Below, piece by piece: positions 24,887 to 37,245 of a stretch of 39,932 nucleotides of DNA. The DNA comes from Octopus bimaculoides (Eukaryota). A program made the position numbers and the translations under genes. Position 1 is the stretch's first letter; the number at the start of each line of letters is the position of its first letter. The stretch covers positions 162,330,447 through 162,370,378 of the forward strand of contig NC_068981.1 of NCBI RefSeq assembly GCF_001194135.2. Direction: 5' to 3'. The notes under the pieces were generated by a model that was not told where the DNA came from, did not search any database, and was given only the letters and a program-made list of their open reading frames with translations.

Positions 24887-25566
24887 GGTGTGGGTGTGGG
24901 TGTGTACATATAATATATACAGATATATACATATAATGTATGTATGTATGTATGTATGTATGCATGTATGTATGAATATATGTATATGTATGTGTGTATG
25001 TATATATGTGTGTATAAATATATATATGTATATGCACGCACACACATACATACATGTGTACCTTTGTGTGTGTGCGTGTGTGTGTGAGTATATATATATA
25101 TATATATATATATNNNNNNNNNNNNNNNNNNNNNNNNNNNNNNNNNNNNNNNNNNNNNNNNNNNNNNNNNNNNNNNNNNNNNNNNNNNNNNNNNNNNNNN
25201 NNNNNNNNNNNNNNNNNNNNNNNNNNNNNNNNNNNNNNNNNNNNNNNNNNNNNNNNNNNNNNNNNNNNNNNNNNNNNNNNNNNNNNNNNNNNNNNNNNNN
25301 NNNNNNNNNNNNNNNNNNNNNNNNNNNNNNNNNNNNNNNNNNNNNNNNNNNNNNNNNNNNNNNNNNNNNNNNNNNNNNNNNNNNNNNNNNNNNNNNNNNN
25401 NNNNNNNNNNNNNNNNNNNNNNNNNNNNNNNNNNNNNNNNNNNNNNNNNNNNNNNNNNNNNNNNNNNNNNNNNNNNNNNNNNNNNNNNNNNNNNNNNNNN
25501 NNNNNNNNNNNNNNNNNNNNNNNNNNNNNNNNNNNNNNNNNNNNNNNNNNNNNNNNNNNNNNNNNN

Positions 25567-25604
<38 letters not shown>

Positions 25605-26101
25605 CAAGTGTTTATTTGGCAAAAAAAAAAATAATAATAACAATGAATAAAATGACCATCCCAGAGTACGACAATATCTGTATCAACACACGATTTCACA
25701 TCAGGAATCTTGCAAAACGAATTGATAAACAGAGAATGGAGTGAGTGGAGCAAGAAAATACATGGAAACAAAAAGTGTCGCTGAAGAGGTCACAGATGTG
25801 TAACAAAAAATTTCCAGACAATGAACAGGCATCAAAATAATAAAATAACAGTAATAAGCGAGTGAAAAAAATAAATACAGTGTGTGTGTTTATTTGACAA
25901 AAAAAAAACAAAAAAAAAAAAATAAAATGACCATTCCAAAGTACAGCAATATATATATATATATTAAAGATAAAAAGAGAAGACAAATTGTACCACCAAA
26001 AAATTTTATATTACCTCAGCAATTGTTTCATCTTCAAGATGCACTGCTCCTTTATGGGCATGGAATGATGCAATAACACCAGATGCAACTCACATTGCAC
26101 A

Positions 26102-26290
26102 TTGGGAACAAGTAAAGGATCAGTGTACAGGAATCGCCCAAAAACCATTAATGAGTTAAAAGACCCAATCATAACCTTCACACAGTCCATACCACGTCAG
26201 ACTCTCCAAAATGTATTTCAAAACATGTGTAGAGGAGTCAACTTACGTATTAGAAATGAAGGACAACACTTTCAACACCTCTTATAAAGT
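26102..26290 (+). mobile_element. Tc1/mariner transposase C-terminal fragment (rosa/DD41D-like ending)
   Basis: KGSVYRNRPKTINELKD..IPRQTLQNVFQNM...GQHFQHLL* resembles KVY..KP.TI.ELK...G.HFEHLL; the catalytic triad is not present. Confidence 0.55.
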
Positions 26291-26519
26291 TCTTAAAAGT
26301 CTTGTAAAGTCTAATATATTCTTTTGTAGTCTTATACCCTCTTATAACTATTTATTTTGCAATAAAATATTAACTGTGGAGAGACTTTTTGAATACCTTG
26401 TATGTGTTATATAGATTATATATATATATACATATATGTACACACAAGACATATCTGTAGACGTGTGTTTGTCTATGTGTAGGTGTGTGTGAGAGAAGAT
26501 ATATATATCTATGCGTTGG

Positions 26520-26552
<33 letters not shown>

Positions 26553-26789
26553 ATACATAGTAACATATATATATGGGTACCTCTGAGAATACTGATCCAT
26601 TAAACATAAAGAAACAGTAACAATATATCAGAATACCACTGAAAAATGTACCAATTCCCCAGAAAAAAACTGTACATGAAACTGTTCCTTAAAAAAAAAA
26701 GAAAAAGAAATAATAATAACTAACACTTTTATTAGAACCTATATAGTATAATTAGTCCACATTATTCCATAAGGAGCTCAGAGCTGATT

Positions 26790-26998
26790 TTCCAGTTTCT
26801 CTGGTGCTATATATTCCTTCCTGGGTGGGATACTGGTCCTTCACAGGATTACTCATTTTTACCAGCTGAGGAGACTGGAGCAATGTGAAATGAAGTATTT
26901 TTGCTCAAGAGCACAATGCATCACCCAGTTCAGGAATCGAAACCACAATCTTACAATCGTAAGTCCAACACCCTAACTACTAGGCCATGTTCCTTCAC
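26790..26998 (-). mobile_element. SINE family B2
   Basis: Reverse complement is collinear with 8560-8760. Confidence 0.75.
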
Positions 26999-27011
26999 AA
27001 CCTACATAGTA

Positions 27012-28282
27012 CAGGGGTTGGACAAATAATGGAAACTCCTAGTATCATGGCATCATAATTTTGAAATATCTATAAAACCACCAAAGGCTTGTTTATTTTT
27101 ATGCTTTTTGATTTATTATTAGTGTTGCTTAATATGTTTTGCTAAAATTGCTGTTTCTTTTCAGATATCACCTGAAAAAGGTAATTAAAATTCAACTATC
27201 TGACTTTCAAAGAGGTCAAATTGTTCGTGTTCGTACGGCAGGTGCTAGTGTAATGAAAACAGCTGAAATGCCTGGTGTATCAAGAAGTGTTGTCTCAAAA
27301 GTAATGACAGTCTTTGAGAAAGAGGGAAAAACTTCCTTGTTGAAACAAAACTCCAGAAGAAAACCAAAACTTTCAGATAGGGACCATCGGACTCTTACAC
27401 AAATTGTTAGAAAGGATCACAAAAGTGCAGCTCCCAGAATTACTGCAGAGCTTAATGACCACATCAAGAACCTAGTGTCCACAAAAACTGTTTGCCGGGA
27501 GCTGCACAAAGCCAGATTTCATGGGAGGGCTGCAATCAGAAAACCACTACTTTCAAAAACAAATGTTGCAAAGCATTTAGAGTAGAGAAAAAACCTACAG
27601 AATTGGTCCCTAGAGCAGTGGAAGAATGTTATTTTCTCAGACAAGTCATCCGTTACCTTATTTCTGACCACTGGCTGAGTATACGCGTGGAGACAGTCAA
27701 AAGAAGCATTTGACACTGACTGCCTTCTTCCGACTGTTAAACATGGAGGAGGATCTGTGATGATCTGGCAGGGGGGGGGGGCGGCGGCTATATCTTGGAA
27801 ATCCGCCGGCCCAATGGTTTCCCTTCATGGCAGAATTAATAGTCAAGACTATTTAAGCATTTTATCTGATCAAATTCATCCTATGGTTGTGGAACTGTTT
27901 CCGGAGGAAAACACAATCTTTCAGGATGATAATGCACCAATTCACACAGCTAAAGTTGTTACTGAATGGCTTGAGCAACATTCTAGTGAAGTTGAACATC
28001 TTATCTGGCCACCACAGTCTCCAGATCTCAATATTGTTGAACATTTATGGTGCGTTTTAGAAAAACAAGTAAGGAGTATCCTCCACCATCATCACTACAA
28101 GAACTAGAGACTGTTTTAGCCAAAGAATGGACAAAAATTTCTTTGGAAGCAATTCAAACTTTGTATGAGTCCATATCTCGTAGAATTCAAGCTGTAATTA
28201 CTGCCAAAGGCAGTAATTAACCCCCATTAAAATAAATTTATTTAAAATTTTAAGGTGTTTCCTTTATTTTGTCCAACCCCTG
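27012..28282 (+). mobile_element. Tc1-like DNA transposon, DD36E spacing, copy 2 (both ends present, ORF disrupted)
   Basis: TA|caggggttggacaaataatggaaactcct ... aggtgtttcctttattttgtccaacccctg|TA; 1271 bp; Asp 27928 and Glu 28039; start codon deleted, internal stops. Confidence 0.92.
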
Positions 28283-28415
28283 TATGTATATATAATACAT
28301 ACAGTTCATTTATACAATATGTGTATAATGAACCTCTATGTAAGCAGACAATTGTTCACTAATCCAAGTAATGTGTGTTGCAAAATCGTTAATAAATTAG
28401 GATTAGCTAGACAGG

Positions 28416-28960
28416 GTGCAACCATTTCAATCTAAGTGCCCAACATTCAACATGAAAGACCATATATCGAACTTCAATGAAAAGCCTATGTTTAAATTGA
28501 TTAGCCTTAAATCAAACATAGATAGATTCAGTAAAAAGGTATTAGATAGGATAAGGCCTAAAGTGGAAGGCTACCTCCACCTTACTCTCTGGCTAAAAAT
28601 GAAGGAATTATTGGATTGGTTTGTTAACATAGATAATGATCATAGAACTTCTTTCCTGCAATTTAATATAGACAATTATTACTCTTCTATCTCCTTCATA
28701 CTTCTAAAAAGAGCCCATGAAATTTATTGATGTAACTAAAGAGGAAATAAATATAATTTTAGCTGATCAGAAATCTATAATTCTTTTAGGAATTCAAAGA
28801 AAAATAACTTTGACATAATGAATGGATCTTTTAACTCTGTACAAACCACTAATTTGGACTGTTCTTGCTTTATCATTTATAGGATCAATTCCAGAAGATT
28901 ATACCGTGATAACACTCTCCTGACTCTTAGTAATTATATACCATCATCATTAAAAAAGAC
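28416..28960 (+). mobile_element. Penelope-like reverse transcriptase fragment
   Basis: MKDHISNFNEKPMFKLI, SKKVLDRI, FLQFNIDNYYSSIS (motif A-like), FDIMNGSF (motif B-like) and LYRDN at 28899-28913 (YRDD-like); frameshifted. Confidence 0.7.
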
Positions 28961-29391
28961 TTTGTATAGGACTGCATAAATCGTTCAAGGAATACAATCT
29001 TTCTATAGCTTTTGGTAAGGGATGATACTGAGAATGTTGGGTGTCTGAGAAGGTGAGATGGCTTCAAGGACAAGGATTACTGATAGCATTAAAGTAGAAA
29101 ATGAAATATGTACAGTTCTGCGCTCATATAATTTTAGCAGCTGAGTGAATAGGACTGTAGTTAGAAGAGTGATGGAGGGATGGGTGCTAGGAAGATGAAT
29201 TGTTAGAATTGCTTGACATTGAGTGTAGGAGCAGAGACAAAACAATGTGCTTTTAGGACCTTATTCTTGTTGAAATGGCGGGATCTTATTGAACACAGTG
29301 AATCACCAATCATCTTGGTCTTTTGTTATCCTGCTGAGGTCAAGTTTGCCTCTCATCTTTTTGAGGTCAATAAAAAGAATACCAATCCAGA

Positions 29392-29495
29392 GTGATGAGC
29401 TGGTAGAACTGTAAAAATATCTGGCAAAATGTCTCATGGTATTTGTTCCAGCTCTTTGTGTTCTGAGTTCAAATCCTGCTGTGACCTACTTCAGT
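29392..29495 (+). mobile_element. SINE family C head fragment
   Basis: gatgagctggtagaactg...ttctgagttcaaatcc, homologous to the reverse complement of 10440-10530. Confidence 0.6.
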
Positions 29496-29942
29496 GGTAG
29501 ACTTAACCTGTTTCCTAGTTTAACGCAATCACATGGCACTTTGGGCATCTTTAGCAGAGTCCACTCTGTCGTAAGTATTAAGGCCAGGACTTAAGTTTGA
29601 GGATATTTTCCATCCTTCCTCCCACTGTTCCTGAAGGCCCAACAAAGAGTCATGACTACTGCCTTCTCTTCTTACTAAAAAACAAAAGAAAGAGAGAGAG
29701 ATCATATAAAATAACAAAAGAACACAATGAATAATGTAGTTCTGGTTCCAGTAAAGCAGTGTTTGTGTCATAGAACTATTTTCTGAATGGAATTCCAACA
29801 GCTCTACCGAACTTGCCCAAGGGCCAGTCTTCATGATCATGTTCTCCCTAGAAGATTCAAGTTTTACGTCAACTTGAGACACTATTGTAACATTTCATTT
29901 TGAATTACAGCATTAGAGAATTAGCTTCTATTTATTTTATAT

Positions 29943-30170
29943 CTTTTATTTGTTTCAGTAATTGGACTTTGACCATGCTGGGGCACCACTTTGAAAAGAT
30001 TTTAGTCAAACAAATGAACCCCAGTACTAATTAGCTTTTGAGTATAGTACTTATTCTATCAACTCTTTTGCCAAACTTAATTTACAAGAACAAAAACAAA
30101 TTAACACCAGTTGTCAAGTGGTTGGTGGGGTGACAAACACACGCACACACATTCACACATATATATATAT
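29943..30170 (-). mobile_element. SINE family A-related 3' half, old
   Basis: ttttatttgtttcagt..ccatgctggggcacc..tagtacttattctatc..ttgtcaagtg, collinear with 1007-1250. Confidence 0.7.
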
Positions 30171-30174
30171 AGAA

Positions 30175-31376
30175 GGTAGTTTGTTATGGCTGGTCAGAGA
30201 GTAGCCAATAGTTTCACACCAATAAAGTGCTTAGCTGTATAGGCAATTCATCAGAATCAAATGACCAGAAGACAGTTATTATTTCCATATGTGTAGAACA
30301 CAGTGATTTAGAAATCACAAATTCTTTTGTACTGAAAGTTTGGATGGATTTGGAAGCCTCTGGCAGGAACGTTTCCACTATATCAAAGAGGAAAAAAATA
30401 TTTTAAATGCTCAGACACTATAAGGACACTACAATTCATTCACAGGGTTCAAGACATTATCAATGTTGATCCCAGAAAATCAATGAATGTCATCGCCCTA
30501 GAGCTAACAATGGAGTGGACAATTGGAACTGTGTTGCATGGGGACAATTTTTACAAGCCATATGTACTGGGGAGAGACCAATTCATGTCTACAAAACACA
30601 GGAAGTTCATTTGATTTGTACCAAGAAGTTACTTAACAAGTTAGAATCTTTGATAAACATGGCATGCTTTGGTTCTTCTCTGATGAGAAAACTTCACCTG
30701 AGACCAAAAGTCTAATGGAAGAAATGACAGATGGTTACGTATAGATCTTTCTGATGTCTGCAGAGTGATGCACACTAAGTTTCCAGCAACTGTATTGACT
30801 TTAGGAGTGCTGAGCAATGAAATTCTTGTCATACCACCTCACATTATTCTACAGGGTCTTAGAATTAATGCTGCTGGGTATGCTGAGGCACTAAAGACAG
30901 TTGCTAATCCCTGGATGGATGAAGTACATAGTGGAAGGTCGTATATATTTCAACAACACTCAGTGCCTTTTCATGAAGCCCATATAAAGCAAAACAATCA
31001 GACAATCTTTACAATCATATAACATCAAATCGGAGGCCTCCAAACTTAACAATTTAAAATCCTATGGGCAACTACATTTGGTACATTATTGAAAAGACTA
31101 ATCAACATCCTCACAATACCATAGCTTCAATGAAGACTGCTATTGCCCATATGGTGTCTGAAATGAATAAAGACCATTTAGTGCAGACATATTAATGATT
31201 TCAATACTGCATTGAAGCAGTCATTGCAGCTGAAGGTGGATTCATCAAATAATCTGATAAGAAAGTTTATCAAGCACATGTGCATAGTGTTTTATTAAAA
31301 TACTCTTGAATTTTTGTAAGATTAGAATTGTTTTATTGTATTACCAAATATATCCTCAGCTATCATTTGCACCCTG
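30175..31376 (+). mobile_element. Degenerate maT-like (DD37D-type) element, left end missing
   Basis: MLWFFSDEK (Asp 30682), MHTKFPATVLTLGVLSNE..PPH..QGLRINAAGY..PWMDEVHSGRSYIFQQH; right end tttgcaccctg|TA. Confidence 0.75.
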
Positions 31377-31945
31377 TAGTTTGAAACATATTGTACTGCA
31401 ACCAAAGGTTTAATTCTTAAGGGACACCAGCAACAACAATAACCACTGTTGTAATAAGAAGCTTTGTGTGATTACAATCAGCATTAATTTTGAATAGCTA
31501 ATTATTGCAACATTGATATAAGCAAAAATTCAATTCTTGTCTCTTTGCAGCTGTTCTCCAGATGATAGATAGCATTTTCTAGAATTCAGCAAACAGAAAG
31601 TAGTTTCAAAAGTTTTAACAGATGCTGCACGGATTTAGCTTAATATTAAACTTTAATTCATTGTTATTTTCATCTTAATGCAAAAGTAATTTTCGTAATT
31701 TTCACATTTAGTGAGATCTTAATAATTATCTCACACTGCAGCTGCACACAGAACTGACTTAAAAACCATTTAAGCCTCATTAAATTATATATTTGCATTT
31801 ATAAATGCAGTGATGTAATCTTAATGTCACAAATTTTAATTATTTACAAATTATTATGTGATTCTGTTCTTCAAATTATTACTTAACTTTGAGTGTGATG
31901 TATTGCTTGTTTGCTTGCTTGCTTACTTGCTTATTTATTTATTAT

Positions 31946-31985
31946 CTGATACACTCTTTAAAGATAGGTTTAAAGAGTGTATCAG
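31946..31985. other. Perfect 17-bp inverted repeat with 6-nt loop
   Basis: ctgatacactctttaaa-gatagg-tttaaagagtgtatcag. Confidence 0.95.
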
Positions 31986-32274
31986 TTCAGCAGTTTATAG
32001 AAAGCTCTTTCAATAAATAGAATAGGCTGAGAGCTGGAGCCAAAGAACACCTTCAATACAACGAAGCATGTTAGATAAGAAAATTTGTTTGTTTCTTCAA
32101 ATTTTCAATAGAATTTTCTTGTTTTCCCAACATACATGAGAAATGAAATAAATGAAATAAGTAACTAAATAAGTAAATAAATAAAAAACAAACACATTGA
32201 GGAAGACATTTTATGAATAAAATGAAAATACTTATTATAATGTTTCAACGTCATTTTACGTCTTTTTTTATTTA

Positions 32275-32349
<75 letters not shown>

Positions 32350-33505
32350 GTGTGTATGCGTGCGTGTGTGTGTGTGTGTATACATATATATTATGAAAGA
32401 TTTGAATACTGAAGTTAGAGAATAATGTGAATAATTGGTTATAGAAAGATAGGAAAGAAAAATATTTCTTTAAATGAAAAATACATTACAAGAAAGAGTT
32501 GAAAAAACAATTATTCCAACATTATATTTACCAAATTTTTTTTCTGCCAGATTTTATAATTGACATTTTAAATACAGAATTTCCGTGGCTTTTTAACGTA
32601 ATCAGTCTATTACACAGATAAAATGCAAATAAAATGTCTAATTCAAATGAAAGATACTTTCCATTAAACAAAAATAATAAGAAAAAATAGCGTGCATTAT
32701 TTTCTCTGAGACTAGTCTGTTTTTTTTTCACCTTTTTTTATCAAATGATGCCACACCATTTTGTTACTTCTTACAGGTTCCATCTTCATTTCTACATAAC
32801 TAGATTCACTAACATGATTTCTATTACCATTACTCTGCACTTTTGCTTGTCTCCAGCCAGTCCCTGCTTTTAACAACCTCTGCTCTTTCTAGCCAATAAT
32901 GCAGCTACTATATGGTTGCATGACCGGCTAGAAATAGCAGTCAAATCTTGAAATCACAGCCGATCATATCAAAATATGACATCTTGGATAATTTCTTGTA
33001 CATTGGTAAAAGAGGGGATAGTCACACTTGGATGCTTTTGATTGCTGCTTTGCATGATTAGTGTTGACCAGGTATTTAACAACAACAGCAAACTCAGCAC
33101 TTCTGTTCTTCTGGCCTTGCATCACTGCTTGTTCAACAAGGGATCTTTGCATGAAACAAGATGCCTGATAAAAAAAGAGATGGTCATAAACTGGAGCATT
33201 TTTCATCATAGATTTGCACACTGAAAGCTGACACAAAACTGAACAACAATAACAAATACAATGACATTAATAAGCATTGTCACAACTGCGATGCCTTTCA
33301 TCATAGGTTTTATTTTACAATGACTGATCTGGGTCTGCATGACATCATCAAAGTTTACTTCAAGCCAATGAGAGAAGGATTTTACATTGGTGCACCACCT
33401 GGTAGATATAGTAACCAAATTCTCCTCAAATCATACACTACCATATTAAATCAATAAAGGACACATAGGAATATATAGACACATGGAAATAAATATATAG
33501 ATATT

Positions 33506-33990
33506 CTTTTACTCTTTTACTTGTTTCAGTCATTCGACTGTGGCCATGCTGGAGCACCACCTTTAGTCAAAGAAATCAACCCCAGGACTTATTCCTTGTA
33601 AGCCTAGTACTTATTCTATCAGTCTCTTTTGCCAAACTGCTAAGCTATGAAGGACATAAACACACCAGCATCGGTTCTCACCCTTCCTCATCTGTTTCCA
33701 ATTAAGGTAATATTTCCCCATGACCGGACTTTCACAGATGACTGGAAATAAACAACATCACTTGCGTGATGGTAATGCTCATTTTGCAATCATTATGTGG
33801 TATCTGGACAAGTGTGCATGCACACACACACACACACAGTACATATACAATGGGATTCTTCTATTTTCTGTCTACCAAATCCACTCACAAGGCTTAGGTC
33901 AGTCTGGGACTATAATAGAAAGCAATTACTCAAGGTGCTGTACTATGGGATTGAACCGAGAAAGCAAGCTCTTCAACCACAAAGTCTGTA
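33506..33990 (-). mobile_element. SINE family A pieces (33506-33676, ~33845-33990) separated by unrelated sequence
   Basis: 3' half near-identical to 1007-1180; the head half is much more diverged. Confidence 0.7.
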
Positions 33991-34114
33991 CCTATCCTAT
34001 ACACACACAAACACACATACATGCATACATACCGCACACACACACACGCACGCACATTGAGTGAGGTTAGGTCAACAAATATATAGACAACAAATATATC
34101 AGGTCAACAAATAT

Positions 34115-34484
34115 CTCTTTTACTCTTTTACTTGTTTCAGTCATTTGACTGCGGCCATGCTGGAGCACCACCTGTAGTCGAGCAAATCGACCCCAGGACT
34201 TATTCTATCGGTCTCTTTTTGCCGAACTGCTAAGTTACGGGGATGTAAACACACCAGCATCGGTTGTCAAGCGATGTTGGGGGGAGCAAACACAGACACA
34301 CAAACATATATATACACACATACATACATATATATACACACATACATACATATATATANNNNNNNNNNNNNNNNNNNNNNNNNNNNNNNNNNNNNNNNNN
34401 NNNNNNNNNNNNNNNNNNNNNNNNNNNNNNNNNNNNNNNNNNNNNNNNNNNNNNNNNNNNNNNNNNNNNNNNNNNNNNNNNNNN

Positions 34485-34530
<46 letters not shown>

Positions 34531-34546
34531 ACATATATACATATAT

Positions 34547-34579
<33 letters not shown>

Positions 34580-34747
34580 TATACATGTATATATATATAC
34601 ATATACATGTATACATATATACATATATACATATATACGACGGCCCAAGGCTATAGTAGAAGACACTTACCCAAGGTGCCACGCAGTGGGACTGAATCCA
34701 GAACCATGTGGTCGGTAAGCAAGCTACTTACCACACAGCCACTCCTG
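34115..34747 (-). mobile_element. SINE family A with expanded internal (TA)n spanning a gap
   Basis: Tail and head collinear with 1007-1431; ~50-bp deletion at ~34643. Confidence 0.85.
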
Positions 34748-35646
34748 TGCCTAACAAGTAAAATATATTGACAAAACATCAGAGAAGATGAGTGGATAAG
34801 TTCATTAGGGTGTGAAATGAGAGTGACTTATGTTTAGAGATGGAGTAGGAAGTAATAAGAGGAAGTATAGGTAGAGCAGTATAATAAGCCTGTAGATAGA
34901 TCAGGAAATAGGGAAATGATGTGCAAGATGGGAGAATTAGGGAGGGAGAGGAACAAAGTGACAGAGATGGAGGTTAGAGGTATGCAGGAGTGACTATAAT
35001 GAATCTGTGATGGTGTTGAGAATGATAGTAAAGGAGAAAGGGTGTTAGAAATGAGGTTTGTGATTTATGTGTGATACAAAATGATGATCTATCATGTAAG
35101 CAGGTCTTTACAGAATCTAGGATCAATTTTTTTATTTTAAAATTTTATAAAAACCTCAAAGGTTCCAAAAGGCAGCTGATGAGTAGCTGTTATGATTTTT
35201 TAAGTCAGTTCTTTGGTAGAATTTTGATAATCAGTTAGTTGCTTAAGATGTTCCTTTTGAGTTTCAGACAAAACTGGTAATATCACTAGTAGCAACTTAA
35301 TGCCAAAGAAGTATCATGTGACGAAATACATTTTATTGCCAAGATTGCTGATAATAACTGCCTGCATGTTTATGTGTGTATGCATTTGATCATGTGATTT
35401 CATGCAAGAGGAGAAATATGGGAGATCATAAGGAATGCAATGCTACAGATTCATGACATAAAATATTTATAAATAAATAAATATCAATAAATTGAAATTT
35501 ATTTATAAGTGAAAGATTCTAAACAAACTGCAATTTGTTTCAATATAGCAATTTATCAAGCAAATATAGAATAAGTTCATGTAAGAGAATATATACCAAA
35601 AAAAAAAAAAAAGGCTAAGTCACCAGTATTAGTCGATAGCTTGTAC

Positions 35647-35739
35647 CAAACTTTCCAGGTATCTGTGTAGTCATGAGCAGACATAGATACCTTCTCAACC
35701 TCCTGCTCTGGACTCAAGAGAACATCAAGGATGTGAAAT
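35647..35739 (-). CDS. Candidate internal exon of an unidentified host gene
   Basis: Acceptor atctttctctctctcttcag|, open frame FHILDVLLSPEQEVEKVSMSAHDYTDTWKV, donors aag|gtatct (35691) or ttg|gtacaa (35647); no homolog recognised. Confidence 0.3.
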
Positions 35740-35769
35740 CTGAAGAGAGAGAGAAAGATGTACAGGCAG

Positions 35770-35910
35770 ACAGCTGAAATTTATTTCCAGAAGAGTAAAC
35801 AGGATCAATGTGAAATGATGTACCTTGCTCAAGAATACATCTCCTTGATCCAGAAATTGAACTCATGACCTTATGGTCCTGAGCTCAACAGCCTAATTTT
35901 TAGGCCACTT
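35770..35910 (-). mobile_element. Old SINE family B head fragment
   Basis: atgtgaaatga..ccttgctcaagaatac..gaaattgaactc..gacc, collinear with other B copies. Confidence 0.5.
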
Positions 35911-36335
35911 GCAGATATTTTCTGTTGCTTTCACAGATTTTGAAACTTTAGAATTAAGTGAAAATTGGAGTAATTTCCCACACTGAATCCGATTTTAAGA
36001 TTCATTCATTTATTCCAGAAAAATTTTTGAAAAACGTTTCAGAGGTTTATAATTTGATCATTTTTAGCCAATCAGAAAACAAGATTTGAAAGTTGTTCTT
36101 TTCTGAGTGATAGTTGTTCATCACGAAATGAAAGCAAAAACATTACGATGATGAAGTTTTAATAAACAAAATGAAAGCAAAACATTACAATGCCGAAAGT
36201 TGTAAGAAGTTTTAATAAGTTTTAATGAATAAAGTCATGTGATGAAGTCGAACAGGGATGTAGATAATTTGAAAAGGAAAAATTCCTCAACAAAATGATT
36301 TTGCGAAAAATTACGAAAATATCAAACTGTATGTT

Positions 36336-36447
36336 GGGGTTAGGATTAAAGTTTGGAGTTAAGGGATAGGATTAAGGTTAGGGTTAGGGATTAAGGTTTA
36401 GGGTTGGGATTACGGTTAGGTTTTGGGTTAGGGTAGTGTTAGAGTTT
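36336..36447 (+). repeat. Degenerate interstitial (TTAGGG)-like array
   Basis: ttagggttaggg at 36378-36389 within variants TTAAGG, TTTAGGG, TTGGG. Confidence 0.7.
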
Positions 36448-36728
36448 AAGCAGCAGTTTACAGCTATGTTTGTTACTATGGAAACAGGTACCAATGTGTC
36501 TGTAGTTTTTGATTAGCTAAAATTACCCAAAATTTGCAAACTTTAAAAGCTATGAACTCTTTATTCATAATTTATGGCAAAGATGAATTTCATTTTCATA
36601 ATTAACATACAAAACTAAATCAGTACACCAACTTTGTTCCAAAACAATTGGAACAAAATTTTAAGAAAATAGAAAACTGTTACAGCAACAGAAAAGATCC
36701 TCACTTGTTATCGCTAAAAGAATATAAA

Positions 36729-36973
36729 GGAACCCCTTCAGTCATGAATGACCATAGGATTGCATCTAGAAAATTCCCCTCCAGGGCACAAGTTCAGGCA
36801 AGGCTGTTCATGAAAGACCTGCAGTTGTGCATGCATACCAGCCTCCCCTCTCCACACCACTGATGTTATCCAAGGGAAAGGCAAAGGCTGATACAGCTTG
36901 GCACCTGAGACACTGCAACTCATTTCTACAGCTGAATGAACTGGAGCAACATAAAATGAAATACCTTGCTCAG
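36729..36973 (-). mobile_element. SINE family B1, 5'-truncated
   Basis: Collinear with 17291-17530. Confidence 0.85.
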
Positions 36974-37245
36974 AATATAGAGGTGCAAATAATAACTCTG
37001 TAATGTATTTTAAAAAATAAAGGAAGGCAGTTGTATAAAGAGAGGGAGGGAGAAAAAAAGCAGGATTTCAAGGCAGGATATTTTTCTTATCTTTTGCTTT
37101 TCATCATTTGCTTGATTCAGTTATTGGACAGCCATGCAGGAGCCCTGCCTTGAGGTGTTATACACCTGCCTTCCTTTATTTTTTAATCTCACAAATTGAC
37201 CCCAGAATTTCTTTTTAAGTCTGGTACTTTGTCTATTGGTCTTTT

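Noticed and set aside
32964-33418. Overlapping minus-strand ORFs with a hydrophobic stretch
   Set aside because: Stops break continuity, SINE-tail-like fragments flank the region, and no family motif is visible.
34780-35100. Purine-rich stretch resembling a decayed L2/CR1 LINE (also 29000-29230, 6740-7270)
   Set aside because: Compositional impression only; no motif I can support.
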